A stretch of DNA of 64,000 nt from Rickettsiales bacterium (lineage in GTDB: Bacteria; Pseudomonadota; Alphaproteobacteria; Rickettsiales; UBA998): positions 75,282 through 139,281 of the forward strand of contig JAMWZD010000004.1 in assembly GCA_024304995.1 (NCBI GenBank), written 5' to 3'. The position numbers and the translations under genes are program-made. This document shows positions 1-11,860 of the stretch, in pieces. The notes under the pieces are model-generated. The model searched no databases. It had not been told where the DNA came from and saw only the letters and a program-made list of their open reading frames with translations. The first letter of the stretch is position 1. Each line of letters opens with the position of its first letter.

Positions 1-841
1 AAATCAGCGGTGTAAAGTAAATGCTGGCATCTGGCAACATTGGCAGTGAAAAACGCAGAAAACCATAACCACCAATTTTCAGCAACACTCCTGCCAGAAT
101 GACAGAACCTGCAGTCGGAGCCTGCACGTGTGCATCAGGTAGCCACGTATGCACAGGCCACATTGGCATTTTTACAGCAAAAGAAGCAAACATTGCCAGC
201 CACAGATACTGCTGAATGGATAATGGTAGTGTAGCAGATTGTTTCATCAGCACTGGGATTTCAAATGTTCCAAAAGTGAAATACAGATACAGTAATGCAA
301 CCAGAAACAGGATGGAACCAAGCAATGTAAACAGGAAGAATTTAAACGCTGCGTAAATGCGGTTTTGCCCTCCCCATATGCCGATAATAAAATACATGGG
401 GATCAGCACTGCTTCGAAAAATATGTAAAACAGCAATGCATCCAGTGCGCAGAATGCGCCAATAACTAAAGATTCCAGTACCAGAAACGCAATCATATAA
501 TCACGTACGCGATGTTTAATGGTGTTCCAGCTGGTTATAATACAGATAGGGATGAGCAGGGTTGTCAGCAGCACCAGATATATGGAGATACCATCAATTC
601 CCAGATAATAAAAAATATTGGCCCCATCAAACCAGCTCACCTTCTCAACAAACTGATATTCTGCATTAGATGCATCAAATTTAAACAGAATATAGAGCGA
701 AATCACAAAATTAACGGCGCTTGTCCATAATGCGGTAAGTTTGGCATTATGGTCGTTATTCTCTTTTCGAACAAAGAAAAGAATGAAGAGCGCGCCAATA
801 AGCGGAAATATAATGAGTGCTGAAAGGAGATATATATCCAT
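1..841 (-). CDS. nuoM: NADH-quinone oxidoreductase subunit M, N-terminal part (gene continues beyond window start)
   Basis: Missing from the ORF track because it is open at the window edge. Reverse translation from the ATG (complement of 839..841) reads MDIYLLSALIIFPLIGALF...PVHTWLPDAHVQAPTAGSVILAGVLLKIGGYGFLRF, the ND4/NuoM antiporter-like signature. The ATG overlaps the nuoL stop as TAATG, and its position after nuoL fits nuoA-N order. Confidence 0.9.
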   Translation of the reverse strand, partial: MDIYLLSALIIFPLIGALFILFFVRKENNDHNAKLTALWTSAVNFVISLYILFKFDASNAEYQFVEKVSWFDGANIFYYLGIDGISIYLVLLTTLLIPICIITSWNTIKHRVRDYMIAFLVLESLVIGAFCALDALLFYIFFEAVLIPMYFIIGIWGGQNRIYAAFKFFLFTLLGSILFLVALLYLYFTFGTFEIPVLMKQSATLPLSIQQYLWLAMFASFAVKMPMWPVHTWLPDAHVQAPTAGSVILAGVLLKIGGYGFLRFSLPMLPDASIYFTPLI

Positions 842-2802
842 TAGAGAGCCATATTTTTAAATAGATCGTGAGTAAGTGAGAACCAGATGATGAAGAATAC
901 CAGTCCGATAATCATTAATAATGCATAGTGATACAAATATCCTGATTGAGCTTTGGAGATGTTTCTTCCGTTAAACATGGCAAGCGCACTGATGCCGCCA
1001 ATCGCAAATTTATCTATGGCGCTTCCGTCCCCTTTTTTCCAGAATACGCGCCCCATCGCAAGGGAAGGTTTCACGAAGATATTATGATAGAGTTCATCAA
1101 TATACCATTTATTCAACAGGAAGTAATAAACAGGCTTAAACTGTGTAGCCAGCTTATGAGGCAATTTAGTGAATTTGAGATACATTAACGCTGATAATAG
1201 CAGACCGCTTACCGCCATAATCAGTGGCAGTGCGATTACCCAGCCAGGCACGTGATGTGCTTTATCTAAAATACCGTCTTCACCACCTGTTACAACAGAA
1301 CCATTCCAGAACGTTCCTGCCGCCTCTACCATTCCGAATTGCTTCGCGCCAAGATACCCTGCAAATAATGCTCCGAATGCCAAAAGCAGCAATGGATAAG
1401 TCATAATGCCAGGAGATTCATGAACATGCGACTGCACTTCTTTTGATGCGCGGGATTTGCCGTGGAAAGTCATAAACAATAAACGTCCTGAATAAAACGC
1501 GGTTAGAAAGGCTGCGCCTATCCCCGCCCAGAATGCAAAGCGTGCAGCATCTCCGTCAGCAGCGAATGCAGCTTCAATGATAAGGTCTTTAGAATAATAT
1601 CCTGCGAAAAACGGTATACCTGCCAATGCAAGAGAACCCAACCACATATAGGCATATGTCCACGGGATTTTCTTGTATAATCCGCCCATATTGCGCATAT
1701 CCTGCTCATCTGACATGGCATGGATGACTGACCCTGCGCCGAGGAACAATAATGCTTTGAAGAAAGCGTGTGTAAAGAGGTGGAACACTGCCGCGCTATA
1801 TGCCCCAACACCACATGCGAAAAACATATATCCTAACTGCGAACAGGTGGAATATGCGATAACACGTTTAATGTCATTTTGCACCAGCCCCACAGAAGCG
1901 GCGAACAATGCGGTGATAGCACCAATGACAGTGATAACTGCTAAAGCAAATGGCGCCATTTCGTATAATGGAGAAAAACGCGCTAAAAGGAACACGCCAG
2001 CGGTTACCATAGTTGCCGCGTGAATTAAGGCTGAAACGGGGGTCGGACCTTCCATTGCATCTGGAAGCCAGACATGCAGCAGGAACTGAGCAGATTTCCC
2101 CATGCATCCGATAAATAATAGCAACCCTATCGCATCTGCCATAGATAATCTGTAACCTAAAAACTCAATCGTTTGCGTGCGCAACTGTGATATGGATGAA
2201 AATATCTCATCATATTGCACGGAGTTTAGCGTGAAAAACAATAAGGCTATACCCAGCGCCAGACCAACATCGCCGACACGGTTGACGATAAACGCTTTCA
2301 TCGAGGCTGCGTTTGCAGAATCTTTCTTAAACCAGAACCCAATCAGCAGATAAGAACTCAGCCCTACCCCTTCCCAGCCGAAGAAAAGCTGTACCAGATT
2401 GTCAGACGTAACCAGCATAAGCATACAGAAAGTAAATAAAGACAAATATGCCATGAAGCGGGGTTTGTGGGGGTCGTGACTCATATAACCAATGGAATAT
2501 AGATGCACCACAGACGAGACCCATGTGACGACAACCAGCATCACAGCAGTCAGCATATCTACTCGCAACACCCAGTCTGCCTTGAAATCACCTGACTCAA
2601 ACCAGCTTAACAAATGCACCTGCAGCATTTGATTGCCAGATAATAAATGATTGAAGAGATAAGCAGAGAGAGCAGCTGACACAATGAGCAGTGACGAAGA
2701 AAGATATTGCGCTGCTTTGTCTGAAATTTTGTTAATGCTTGCACCAATCACTATAAATGACAGTAAAGGCAAAAATACCAGAAGTTTGATTATAAATTCC
2801 AT
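841..2802 (-). CDS. nuoL: NADH-quinone oxidoreductase subunit L
   Basis: 653-aa polytopic ORF with ND5/NuoL motifs (FFGWEGVGLSSYLLIGFW, SALIHAATMVTAGVFLL). Lies between nuoK and nuoM. Confidence 0.95.
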   Translation of the reverse strand: MEFIIKLLVFLPLLSFIVIGASINKISDKAAQYLSSSLLIVSAALSAYLFNHLLSGNQMLQVHLLSWFESGDFKADWVLRVDMLTAVMLVVVTWVSSVVHLYSIGYMSHDPHKPRFMAYLSLFTFCMLMLVTSDNLVQLFFGWEGVGLSSYLLIGFWFKKDSANAASMKAFIVNRVGDVGLALGIALLFFTLNSVQYDEIFSSISQLRTQTIEFLGYRLSMADAIGLLLFIGCMGKSAQFLLHVWLPDAMEGPTPVSALIHAATMVTAGVFLLARFSPLYEMAPFALAVITVIGAITALFAASVGLVQNDIKRVIAYSTCSQLGYMFFACGVGAYSAAVFHLFTHAFFKALLFLGAGSVIHAMSDEQDMRNMGGLYKKIPWTYAYMWLGSLALAGIPFFAGYYSKDLIIEAAFAADGDAARFAFWAGIGAAFLTAFYSGRLLFMTFHGKSRASKEVQSHVHESPGIMTYPLLLLAFGALFAGYLGAKQFGMVEAAGTFWNGSVVTGGEDGILDKAHHVPGWVIALPLIMAVSGLLLSALMYLKFTKLPHKLATQFKPVYYFLLNKWYIDELYHNIFVKPSLAMGRVFWKKGDGSAIDKFAIGGISALAMFNGRNISKAQSGYLYHYALLMIIGLVFFIIWFSLTHDLFKNMAL

Positions 2803-2804
2803 GA

Positions 2805-3128
2805 TTAGCCCTTTAACGTGTTGATGTCATCGACAGCGATAGACCCTCTGTTACGAGAGAGTGCAACAAGAATTGCCAGCCCGATGGCAGCTTCAGCTGC
2901 GGCAATCGTCAATATGAAAATAACAAAAATCTGACCCGTAATGTCCTGCAAATGCACTGAGAATGCAGCAAGATTAATATTGACAGAAAGCAATATCAGT
3001 TCAACGGACATTAATATCGTAATGATATTCTTACGATTTGCAAGGATCCCACAAATGCCGATAACGAATAATATGGCAGAAAGAAACAGATAATGCGTTA
3101 CCGTGATATTAGAAAATAAAATATCCAT
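2805..3128 (-). CDS. nuoK: NADH-quinone oxidoreductase subunit K
   Basis: 107-aa protein with three predicted TM segments, ND4L-like ([17 protein letters not shown]). Operon position supports the call. Confidence 0.93.
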   Translation of the reverse strand: MDILFSNITVTHYLFLSAILFVIGICGILANRKNIITILMSVELILLSVNINLAAFSVHLQDITGQIFVIFILTIAAAEAAIGLAILVALSRNRGSIAVDDINTLKG

Positions 3129-3739
3129 TATGACACTCCCTTGCCAGATTCCACTTTGACTAACTCAATACCTTCTGAACGCTTGCGCATCAACTGCTTT
3201 GTAATATTCTGGCGTTTTACGGAGACGCTATGACGCAATGTCAGCACAATCGCACCAATCATTGCCACCAGCAGAATGATGCCCGCAATCAGAAAGATGA
3301 TGGCGTAATCTGTGTATAGTACCATGCCAATGGCCTCTGTGTTCGTCATTGCTTCAGCAGAGGCTATGGTCACTTTTGGTGCGATAGAGATGCGGGATGC
3401 ATAAAAAATACTACCCAGATTGATAAATAAAAACAGGGAGACAAGCAATGCAGCTGGCAGTTGTTTTGTGAACCCTTCACGCCATTTAGCAAAATCCACA
3501 TTCATCATCATCACAACAAACAGGAACAACACCGCAACCGCTCCGACATACACAATAACGAGTGTCATTGCCAGATACTCCGCGCCCAGCAACACAAACA
3601 AACCCGCGGAATTGAAGAAAGTAAAAATCAAAAATAATACGGAATGTACTGGATTTCGGGAACTGATCACCTTTGTGGCAGAAAAAATCACCAACAAAGC
3701 GAAGAAATAGAATAATCCGTCCAGTACTGTAACAATCAT
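3128..3739 (-). CDS. nuoJ: NADH-quinone oxidoreductase subunit J
   Basis: 203-aa ND6-like membrane protein. Its stop overlaps the nuoK start by 1 nt, and operon position fits. Confidence 0.9.
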   Translation of the reverse strand: MIVTVLDGLFYFFALLVIFSATKVISSRNPVHSVLFLIFTFFNSAGLFVLLGAEYLAMTLVIVYVGAVAVLFLFVVMMMNVDFAKWREGFTKQLPAALLVSLFLFINLGSIFYASRISIAPKVTIASAEAMTNTEAIGMVLYTDYAIIFLIAGIILLVAMIGAIVLTLRHSVSVKRQNITKQLMRKRSEGIELVKVESGKGVS

Positions 3740-3811
3740 AATGTAGCTTCTTTTATTTCGTGTTGAGTCTTATCATGCGTTGCAAAAGCGTTGCAAGTAA
3801 TGTTTTATATT

Positions 3812-4306
3812 TTAGCGATATTGCGCGTCAGCCTGTAACATTGCTGCCAGCTGTGGTTCCCAGCGCTCACCATTTTCAAGCAATTTTTCTTTATTATAGA
3901 ACAGTTCTTCGCGCGTTTCGGTGGCATATTCAAAATTAGGGCCTTCCACAATCGCGTCAACAGGGCAGGCTTCCTGACAAAATCCGCAATAAATGCATTT
4001 TGTCATATCAATATCATATCTTGTTGTGCGTCTCGAATTGTCAGCGCGTTCTTCTGCTTCAATCGTAATCGCCTGAGCAGGGCAGATTGCTTCGCATAGT
4101 TTGCAGGCAATGCAGCGCTCTTCCCCGTTCGGATAACGACGCAGCGCGTGTTCACCGCGGAAACGCGGGCTAAGCGGTCCTTTTTCATAAGGGTAATTAA
4201 TAGTAACAGGTGTTTTAAAGAAATATTTCAGCGTCATCCAAAAACCGATAATGATTTCGCGTAAAAATAACGCCGCAGCACTGTGAGTTATAACATTCAT
4301 AACCAA
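3812..4306 (-). CDS. nuoI: NADH-quinone oxidoreductase subunit I (2x4Fe-4S ferredoxin-type)
   Basis: Two CxxCxxCxxxCP motifs ([24 protein letters not shown]), and the TYKY-like N-terminus [18 protein letters not shown]. Confidence 0.95.
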   Translation of the reverse strand: MVMNVITHSAAALFLREIIIGFWMTLKYFFKTPVTINYPYEKGPLSPRFRGEHALRRYPNGEERCIACKLCEAICPAQAITIEAEERADNSRRTTRYDIDMTKCIYCGFCQEACPVDAIVEGPNFEYATETREELFYNKEKLLENGERWEPQLAAMLQADAQYR

Positions 4307-4309
4307 TCC

Positions 4310-5347
4310 CTATTTTGGAAGCATATCGTTAGAGAGTAAATATCCAGCCGTCAGCACGACCCATAATAATGAAATGGGCAAAAAGACTTTCCAGCCAAGT
4401 CGCATCAGCTGATCATAGCGGTATCGCGGCAATGTTGCGCGTGCCCAGATAAAGACATACAGCATCAGCACTACTTTAAGCACAAACCAGATAACGCCAG
4501 GCACGAAAGACAAAGCCTCAAAAGGAGCCAGCCAACCACCTAAAAACAGCGTCACCGTGATAGCACTCATCAAAATCATATTGGCATATTCACCGAGGAA
4601 AAATAGCGCAAATGTCATGGACGAATATTCCACGTTGTAACCTGATACAAGCTCTGCTTCTGCTTCTGGCAAATCAAATGGATGGCGATTTGTTTCCGCC
4701 AGTGCTGAAATAAAGAAAATCACAAACATGGGGAATAAACCAGAGAATACGAACCATCCCTTTTCCTGCTGTGCAAGCACAATATCATTCAGATTTAACG
4801 AACCAACCACCAGCAATACAGTAATAATTACCAGTCCGATGGAAACTTCGTAAGAGATCATTTGCGCAGCGGAACGAATTGCCCCTAAAAATGCATATTT
4901 GGAGTTACTGGCCCACCCCGCCATGATGATGCCATACACACCAAGAGACGAAATGGCAAAGATATAAAGAATACCTACATTAATATCAGCCAGCACAAAC
5001 TCGCTATTTACAGGAATAACCGCCCATCCCAGCAGCGCTAACATGAATGTCAGCATAGGCGCAAGAATAAACACCGCCTTGCTCGCCTCTGTTGGAATAA
5101 TAACTTCTTTCAAAAACAGCTTCAAACCATCCGCAATAGGCTGCAGCAACCCGAAAGGCCCCGTAACATTTGGTCCTTTGCGAAGCTGCATCGCGGCGAT
5201 CACCTTACGTTCCATTAACGTAAGATATGCCACACCCAGAATAAGCGGTATGGTGATCATAACGATGCGTAATAATTGCTCCAATATAGGCATTACGGGT
5301 TCTAAAAAGATGATAACCGGCTGAAAGAACAAAGTGACAGAGTCCAT
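4310..5347 (-). CDS. nuoH: NADH-quinone oxidoreductase subunit H
   Basis: ND1-like 345-aa membrane protein with [16 protein letters not shown] and [23 protein letters not shown]. Confidence 0.95.
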   Translation of the reverse strand: MDSVTLFFQPVIIFLEPVMPILEQLLRIVMITIPLILGVAYLTLMERKVIAAMQLRKGPNVTGPFGLLQPIADGLKLFLKEVIIPTEASKAVFILAPMLTFMLALLGWAVIPVNSEFVLADINVGILYIFAISSLGVYGIIMAGWASNSKYAFLGAIRSAAQMISYEVSIGLVIITVLLVVGSLNLNDIVLAQQEKGWFVFSGLFPMFVIFFISALAETNRHPFDLPEAEAELVSGYNVEYSSMTFALFFLGEYANMILMSAITVTLFLGGWLAPFEALSFVPGVIWFVLKVVLMLYVFIWARATLPRYRYDQLMRLGWKVFLPISLLWVVLTAGYLLSNDMLPK

Positions 5348-5348
5348 A

Positions 5349-7433
5349 TTACGCAGCCTCTTTTGTTTGTTTCACCATAGCAATATCACGGCTGCACGCT
5401 GCCATCGTTGGCGAGATGCGGCTGATAACATCAGTCATATAGTAATTGGTTATAAAATCATAAAATGCTTCGCTTTGCAGTGAAACCGAATCAGCGTCTG
5501 CGATAAATTCTGCAGGGACCACTTCATCCATATAGGCAAATTGCTTATGCTCATAAGCGAGCTTTTCCCTGAGTTCATCTAAAGTGTTGTAAGGCAAAAC
5601 GGCTCCAGCACGCTCTGATAGTGCGCGTATAATCTTCCAGTCTTCCTTTGCTTCACCCAAAGGAAACGCCGCCTGATACGCATATTGTGGGCGACCTTCA
5701 GTGTTCACATAAATCGCATTTTTTTCTGTATAGGCTGTACCTGGCAACACAACATCCGCACGTGAAGCACCAATATCCCCGTGATGCCCTTGATACACCA
5801 CAAATGCATCACCAAAATATTGCGGATCAATATCATCAACACCGAGAAGATATAGGAAGGAAACATCACCGTCCGAAATTCCCTGAATGATGCCATCAAT
5901 ATTGCGGCCTCCTTCCTGAGGAACAAAACCAACATCAAGCCCGCCCACGCGCGAAGCAGCGTGATGCAGAATGTTAAATCCGTTCCAGTCTTCCTGAAGG
6001 AACGCGCTGTATGTTGCAACCAGAGTTTTCACCGCCTGATGCAGCGCCACGCCATTAGCACTTGCCAGTGCCGCTGCACCGAGAATCACCATAGGACGCT
6101 GAGCATTTGCCAGCGCATCACATATTTTATGATTGCCGCTGATAATATCGCTAACGACAGATGCATCATTCCCCAGCTCTGTAACGGGGTAAGTCAAATC
6201 ATGCGGCACGCCGATATTTGCCACGGTAAGCCCGCCCTGCAAATAGCGCTTGCGGATGCGGGAATTGATTAACGCCGCTTCCAGACGTGGATTACTACCA
6301 ATAATCAATACAAAATCAGCATCTTCTATGCCAGCAATAGTCGTATTGAACAAATAATCTGAGCGCTGAGAGGTTGGCAGCAATGCGCCATCCTGACGGC
6401 AATCCAGATTGTCAGACCCTAACTGTTGCATAAAATCCTTCAAAGATTTCATGCTTTCAACACAAGCGAGGTTACCCGCCAATGCTGCAATATTATCTCC
6501 TGAGAGTCCTTTCAGTTTCTCTGCCACAACATTTAATGCCTCATCCCAGCTTGCGGGAACCAATGCGCCATCCTTTCGGACGTAAGGCTTATCCAGCCTT
6601 TGCAATTTCAGCCCATCACATGCGAAACGGGTTTTGTCTGAAATCCATTCCTCATTAATATCTTCATTTAAGCGCGGAAGCACGCGAAGTACGCTATTGC
6701 CACGCACATCCACCCGAACATTGCTGCCCACTGCATCATGCACATCAATCGTTTCCACCTTGTTCAATTCCCACGGACGCGCGGCAAACGCATATGGCTT
6801 GGATGTCAAAGCACCCACAGGACACAAATCAATAATATTGCCTGAAAGCTCAGAACCAATAGCTTTTTCAACGTAGGTGGTCACTTCCATAGACTCGCCG
6901 CGTCCCGTTGCGCCTAAGTCTGGCACACCAGCCACATCTTCGGTAAAACGGATGCAACGTGTGCAGTGAATGCAGCGCGTCATATGGGTTTTAATCAGCG
7001 GACCCATATATTTATCTTCCACGGCGCGTTTCATATCGTCATATCGGCTTTTGCCTTTGCCGTAATACATCGCCTGATCCTGAAGATCACACTCACCACC
7101 TTGATCGCAAATCGGGCAATCCAGCGGGTGATTAATCAGCATAAACTCCATCACACCTTCGCGTGCATTTTTTACCATCTCAGAATTGGTACGTACTTTC
7201 GGTGCAGATCCATCACGCCCAGGGCGCAAATCATTCACGCCCATCGCGCAGGATGCCACGGGTTTGGGAGCGCCAACCGCTTCCACCAAACACATACGGC
7301 AGTTTCCAGCAATCTCCAGCCTTTCATGATAACAAAAGCGCGGAATTTCAATTCCCACCTGCTCGCAAGCCTGTATAAGCGTTAGCCCATCTTCAAATTC
7401 ATGATCGGTTCCGTCGATATTAATAACTGGCAT
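5349..7433 (-). CDS. nuoG: NADH-quinone oxidoreductase subunit G (75-kDa Fe-S subunit)
   Basis: 694 aa with N-terminal Fe-S cysteine clusters ([50 protein letters not shown]). Confidence 0.95.
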   Translation of the reverse strand: MPVINIDGTDHEFEDGLTLIQACEQVGIEIPRFCYHERLEIAGNCRMCLVEAVGAPKPVASCAMGVNDLRPGRDGSAPKVRTNSEMVKNAREGVMEFMLINHPLDCPICDQGGECDLQDQAMYYGKGKSRYDDMKRAVEDKYMGPLIKTHMTRCIHCTRCIRFTEDVAGVPDLGATGRGESMEVTTYVEKAIGSELSGNIIDLCPVGALTSKPYAFAARPWELNKVETIDVHDAVGSNVRVDVRGNSVLRVLPRLNEDINEEWISDKTRFACDGLKLQRLDKPYVRKDGALVPASWDEALNVVAEKLKGLSGDNIAALAGNLACVESMKSLKDFMQQLGSDNLDCRQDGALLPTSQRSDYLFNTTIAGIEDADFVLIIGSNPRLEAALINSRIRKRYLQGGLTVANIGVPHDLTYPVTELGNDASVVSDIISGNHKICDALANAQRPMVILGAAALASANGVALHQAVKTLVATYSAFLQEDWNGFNILHHAASRVGGLDVGFVPQEGGRNIDGIIQGISDGDVSFLYLLGVDDIDPQYFGDAFVVYQGHHGDIGASRADVVLPGTAYTEKNAIYVNTEGRPQYAYQAAFPLGEAKEDWKIIRALSERAGAVLPYNTLDELREKLAYEHKQFAYMDEVVPAEFIADADSVSLQSEAFYDFITNYYMTDVISRISPTMAACSRDIAMVKQTKEAA

Positions 7434-7438
7434 AGATA

Positions 7439-7858
7439 TTACGTCTTACAATAGTTGAGCAATTGATTATAGGATTTTGCATCGTCAGGCAATGGTTCAT
7501 TGAACATGGACACAATATAGATAAGTTTTAAATTCTGACTGTAGGATTCTTCCAACGCTTCCTTGCGGTAAGCATCATACCCATTGTCACGCGCATGGAT
7601 GCCAGCGGCGCATCGCAGATTTTTATATAATTCGTGTTTCTGGTGCTTCCCAGGAGCAACACCAGCAAATATATAATCCGTTCCACCCGTATCATAAATC
7701 TCATTGGTAGCAGGCACAATATATACATCCATAACACTAGTTACGGCGTTCTTTTTCATTGCGTGCAGCTCGGAATATACTGTGGGATCAATGGGATAAC
7801 GCGAACCACCACATGCGGTCAAAAATGACAGCATCAATAATGCAGATAAAATACGCAT
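7439..7858 (-). CDS. Hypothetical lipoprotein encoded inside the nuo operon
   Basis: The ORF track gives 7439..7903. I prefer the internal ATG at 7858 (MRILSALLMLSFLTACGG, a lipobox L-T-A-C), which removes the overlap with nuoF (stop at 7860). It sits 1 nt after nuoF and 5 nt before nuoG. I recognise no family. Confidence 0.6.
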   Translation of the reverse strand: MRILSALLMLSFLTACGGSRYPIDPTVYSELHAMKKNAVTSVMDVYIVPATNEIYDTGGTDYIFAGVAPGKHQKHELYKNLRCAAGIHARDNGYDAYRKEALEESYSQNLKLIYIVSMFNEPLPDDAKSYNQLLNYCKT

Positions 7859-7859
7859 A

Positions 7860-9134
7860 TTATGCAGCCTTACTATATGCATCAATACGTGCTTCAATTT
7901 CATGGCGGAAATGACGTATTATCCCTTGCACAGGCCAAGCCGCAGCGTCACCCAATGCACAAATTGTGTGACCTTCAATGCGGTGAGAGATTTCTAATAA
8001 TTTATCAATGTCACTTTTTGCGGCACTACCTTCCGCCATGCGCTCCATCATGCGCCATAACCAGCCTGTACCTTCACGACACGGCGTACATTGCCCACAA
8101 GACTCATGCTTATAAAATTTAGACAGGCGTGCAATGGCGCGAACAATATCAGTTGATTTATCCATGACAATCACCGCAGCCGTTCCCAGACCAGACTGCA
8201 CCGCGCGGAGTGAATCAAAATCCATCAACACATCATCACAAATGGATTTTGGCAATACGGGCACAGATGATCCGCCAGGAATTACGGCAAGCAGATTATC
8301 CCAGCCACCGCGTACACCGCCTGCATGTTTCTCAATCAATTCTTTGAGCGGAATACCCATTTCTTCTTCTACATTGCACGGATTATTTACGTGCCCCGAA
8401 ATGCAGAAGACTTTAGTTCCCGCGTTATTTTCGCGCCCCAAAGACGCAAACCAGTCTGCCCCGCGACGCAAAATGGTTGGCACTACGGCAATAGATTCTA
8501 CATTATTGACCGTTGTTGGACAACCATAAAGACCAGCGCCTGCTGGAAATGGCGGCTTCAAACGTGGCTGCCCTTTTTTGCCTTCAAGACTTTCAATCAA
8601 CGCTGTTTCTTCACCACAAATATATGCACCAGAACCACGATGAACGACAATATCAAAATCCCAACCAGACCCGCACGCATTTGCACCTACATAACCCGCT
8701 GCGTAGGCTTCACGGATTGCTTCTTCAAGATGATTTGCTTCTTCGTTAAACTCACCGCGAATATAAATATAGCAGCTATGTGCTTGAATGGCGAAAGATG
8801 CAATCAAACAGCCTTCAATTAATTTATGCGGCTCATGGCGCATCATGTCACGGTCTTTGCATGTGCCTGGCTCGCCTTCATCGGCATTGACCACAAGGTA
8901 ATGCGGGCGTTCTTTCACCTCTTTTGGCATGAACGACCATTTCATGCCTGTGGAAAACCCTGCCCCGCCACGTCCGCGAAGCCCTGAATTTTTTACATTT
9001 TCAATAATCCATTCACGACCATTGGACAAAATCTCTTTTGTATTAGACCAGTCACCACGGGCTTCTGCGCCTTTAATGCCCCAATCTTCAAAGCCATAAA
9101 GATTTTGAAATATTCTGTCTTCGTCTTTAAGCAT
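7860..9134 (-). CDS. nuoF: NADH-quinone oxidoreductase subunit F (51-kDa, FMN/NADH site)
   Basis: Contains [28 protein letters not shown] and [12 protein letters not shown]. Confidence 0.96.
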   Translation of the reverse strand: MLKDEDRIFQNLYGFEDWGIKGAEARGDWSNTKEILSNGREWIIENVKNSGLRGRGGAGFSTGMKWSFMPKEVKERPHYLVVNADEGEPGTCKDRDMMRHEPHKLIEGCLIASFAIQAHSCYIYIRGEFNEEANHLEEAIREAYAAGYVGANACGSGWDFDIVVHRGSGAYICGEETALIESLEGKKGQPRLKPPFPAGAGLYGCPTTVNNVESIAVVPTILRRGADWFASLGRENNAGTKVFCISGHVNNPCNVEEEMGIPLKELIEKHAGGVRGGWDNLLAVIPGGSSVPVLPKSICDDVLMDFDSLRAVQSGLGTAAVIVMDKSTDIVRAIARLSKFYKHESCGQCTPCREGTGWLWRMMERMAEGSAAKSDIDKLLEISHRIEGHTICALGDAAAWPVQGIIRHFRHEIEARIDAYSKAA

Positions 9135-9148
9135 GATATATCCTTAAT

Positions 9149-9991
9149 TTATGCCGCTTTAGGTTGAATCATATGCAAATCGCGCTGAGGGAATGGTATT
9201 GAGATTCCTTCTTCATCAAAGCGCAGTTTCACATTTTCAAGCAAATCGAAAGTCAAAGGCCAGTAATCTGAAGATTTTACCCACGGACGCACTGCCAGAT
9301 CCACCGAACTTTCACCAAGATTTCTGACCACAATCTGCGGCTCTGGTTCTTCTAAAACGCGCGGATCATTGAGAAGTATATCTTCAAGAATCTGCTTTGC
9401 TTTTTTAATATCGTCACCATACCCAATACCAAATGTCAGATCAATTTTGCGTGTGTCATTCGCAGAAAAATTGGTAATCGCACTGTCAATGATCTGCCCG
9501 TTGGGAAGAATGATACGTTTATTATCTGGAGTATTCAGTTTCGTAGTAAATATGCTCACTTCTGCAACGGTTCCCATAGACCCTGCAGCTTCAATAAAAT
9601 CACCTACTCTGAACGGTCTGAACGCAATAATCATCACACCTGCCGCCAGATTGGACAAAGAACTTTGCAGTGATAGACCAATCGCCAGACCCGCAGCCGC
9701 GAAAATAGCGGCCAGTGAAGTTGTCTCAACGCCCAGCTTGCTTAATGCAGCAATAACTACAAAAATAAGCACTAGCACGCTGAGAATATTGCCTACAAAC
9801 GATACTAAAGTAGGGTCAATATTGGCGCGTTTCATGCCTTTCTGCATAAGACTTACCAGACGATTTCCCAACCAACGCCCAATAATAAAAATAGCAATCG
9901 CAGCGAGGATATTCAGACCCCAGTCAATCCCTTCTTTTGCGAGAAATTCTTTAATCTCAGTTATAGTTTCCGTAGAAAAATAATGTTCCAT
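9149..9991 (-). CDS. Small-conductance mechanosensitive channel (MscS family) embedded between nuoE and nuoF
   Basis: 280 aa with three N-terminal TM segments and the pore-helix/beta-domain motif SLSNLAAGVMIIAFRPFRVGDFIE...GTVAEVSIFTTKLNTPDNKRIILPNG. It has 3-nt and 14-nt spacers to nuoE and nuoF. Confidence 0.85.
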   Translation of the reverse strand: MEHYFSTETITEIKEFLAKEGIDWGLNILAAIAIFIIGRWLGNRLVSLMQKGMKRANIDPTLVSFVGNILSVLVLIFVVIAALSKLGVETTSLAAIFAAAGLAIGLSLQSSLSNLAAGVMIIAFRPFRVGDFIEAAGSMGTVAEVSIFTTKLNTPDNKRIILPNGQIIDSAITNFSANDTRKIDLTFGIGYGDDIKKAKQILEDILLNDPRVLEEPEPQIVVRNLGESSVDLAVRPWVKSSDYWPLTFDLLENVKLRFDEEGISIPFPQRDLHMIQPKAA

Positions 9992-9994
9992 ATC

Positions 9995-10648
9995 TTAAGA
10001 TGCCTGTCTTTTTTCCCAGATGTCTCTTTGATTCTGTAATGTAGTGGGGCCTGTTTTTGGTTCAGATGCATGACGACCAGCACGCGAACCTGTCTTCATG
10101 CGGCGCTCATTGGCCAGATCTTTTAACACCGTTACGATAGAATCTGCATTCAGGTCTTCATAATATGCATCATGATCCGAGCTTTTCACTTGACACATTG
10201 GTGCATTCACACATGCTCCCAGACATTCCACTTCTTCCAGTGAAAACAGACCGTCTTCTGTCACCTGCCCCATACCAACACCAAGATGTTTTTTTGCGGC
10301 ATTGACGATTTCATCCGAACCTCGCAGCCAGCAAGGAGTTGTGGTGCAAAGCTGCACGTGATACTTGCCTTTTGGCTTGAGATTATACATGGAATAAAAG
10401 GTGGCTACTTCATATACCTTCATTGCAGGCATATCCAGCAATTCTGCCACTGTGTCCATCGCCGCCTTTGGCAGCCAGTTGCCATTTTCACGCTGCGCAA
10501 TCATCAACACAGGAAGCAATGCGCTCGCCTGACGACCTTCAGGATATCGAGAAATAATCTCGTTAATTTCCTCAAGCACTTTTTGCGTAAACTTGAAATG
10601 CTGTGGCTGATGCTCAGCCGCAATAATTTTGCCTGGAGGGACGTCCAT
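9995..10648 (-). CDS. nuoE: NADH-quinone oxidoreductase subunit E (24-kDa, 2Fe-2S)
   Basis: Thioredoxin-like 2Fe-2S ligands (QLCTTTPCWLRG ... ECLGACVNAPM). It also has a basic C-terminal extension. Confidence 0.94.
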   Translation of the reverse strand: MDVPPGKIIAAEHQPQHFKFTQKVLEEINEIISRYPEGRQASALLPVLMIAQRENGNWLPKAAMDTVAELLDMPAMKVYEVATFYSMYNLKPKGKYHVQLCTTTPCWLRGSDEIVNAAKKHLGVGMGQVTEDGLFSLEEVECLGACVNAPMCQVKSSDHDAYYEDLNADSIVTVLKDLANERRMKTGSRAGRHASEPKTGPTTLQNQRDIWEKRQAS

Positions 10649-10651
10649 ATA

Positions 10652-11860
10652 TTACCTATCTATTTCACCAAATACGATATCAAGAGTACCGATAATTGCA
10701 CTTACATCTGCGAGCATATGCCCTTTGCTCATAAAGTCGAGCGCCTGCAAATGCGGGAAGCCAGGCGCACGGATCTTGCAGCGATATGGTTTATTTGTGC
10801 CATCTGAAATCAGATACACACCAAACTCACCCTTCGGCGCCTCTACGGCGCTGTAAGTTTCACCTGCTGGTACGTGATATCCTTCACTATAGAGCTTAAA
10901 GTGATTAATCAGCGCTTCCATCGAATGTTTCATCAAATGGCGACGCGGTGGCGCAATTTTTGAATCACTTGTAAGCACGTCGCCTTTTGGCATTTTTTCA
11001 ATACATTGACGAATAATATGCATTGACTGACGCATTTCTTCCATGCGCACGAGGTAACGATCAAAACAATCACCATTTTTGCCAATTGCCACGTCAAATT
11101 CCAACTCATCATAGACATCATATGGCTGAGATTTGCGCAAATCCCACGGCACACCAGAACCACGGAGCATAGGACCAGAAAATCCCCATAACTGCGCATC
11201 TTCAGGGGTAATCACGCCAATATCAACGGTGCGCTGCTTCCAGATACGGTTTTCTGTAAGCAAACTTTCCACATCGTCAATATATTGCCCAAATCCATCA
11301 CAGAATGTTAAAATATCTTCCAGCAACCCTTCAGGAATATCCTGATGCACGCCACCTGGGCGGATATATGCTGAATGAAAACGCGCCCCAGAGGCACGCT
11401 CATAAAATTCCAGCATTTTCTCACGCTCTTCAAACAACCATAAAAGTGGTGTCATCGCACCAATATCAAGCGCTTGCGTTGTTACGTTCAAAATATGGTT
11501 TAGAATGCGCGTGATTTCAGCAAACATGACGCGAATATATTGCGCGCGTTTTGGCACTTTACAGCCCAGCAACTTTTCAACTGCCAGTGAATATCCATGC
11601 TCCTGACACATAGGTGACACATAATCCAGACGGTCAAAATAAGGCAGTGCCTGCAAATATGTTTTATGCTCTATCAGTTTTTCAGTGCCGCGATGCAGCA
11701 GACCAATATGCGGGTCCGCACGATCCACCACCTCGCCGTCCATTTCCAAAATCAGACGCAACACGCCATGCGCCGCAGGGTGCTGAGGACCAAAATTAAT
11801 GGTCATATTTTTTAAATTAGGATTCTGCTCTTCTTTCATGTTCGTGATGTCTAAGGTCAT
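10652..11860 (-). CDS. nuoD: NADH-quinone oxidoreductase subunit D (49-kDa)
   Basis: 402 aa with [16 protein letters not shown] and a C-terminal [14 protein letters not shown]. Confidence 0.96.
   Translation of the reverse strand: MTLDITNMKEEQNPNLKNMTINFGPQHPAAHGVLRLILEMDGEVVDRADPHIGLLHRGTEKLIEHKTYLQALPYFDRLDYVSPMCQEHGYSLAVEKLLGCKVPKRAQYIRVMFAEITRILNHILNVTTQALDIGAMTPLLWLFEEREKMLEFYERASGARFHSAYIRPGGVHQDIPEGLLEDILTFCDGFGQYIDDVESLLTENRIWKQRTVDIGVITPEDAQLWGFSGPMLRGSGVPWDLRKSQPYDVYDELEFDVAIGKNGDCFDRYLVRMEEMRQSMHIIRQCIEKMPKGDVLTSDSKIAPPRRHLMKHSMEALINHFKLYSEGYHVPAGETYSAVEAPKGEFGVYLISDGTNKPYRCKIRAPGFPHLQALDFMSKGHMLADVSAIIGTLDIVFGEIDR

Noticed and set aside
9369-9983. A 204-aa plus-strand ORF. Similar long antisense ORFs occur at 37234..37776, 32883..33443, 33064..33531, 26968..27534, 18818..19441, 10286..10807 and 14906..15379.
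   Set aside because: All lie entirely within, and opposite to, strongly supported genes (mscS-like, NMO, polA, dprA, GST/NDUFA9-like, nuoE/D, mtaB). Their translations are Ser/Arg/Pro/Cys-rich with no motifs. They are typical shadow ORFs.
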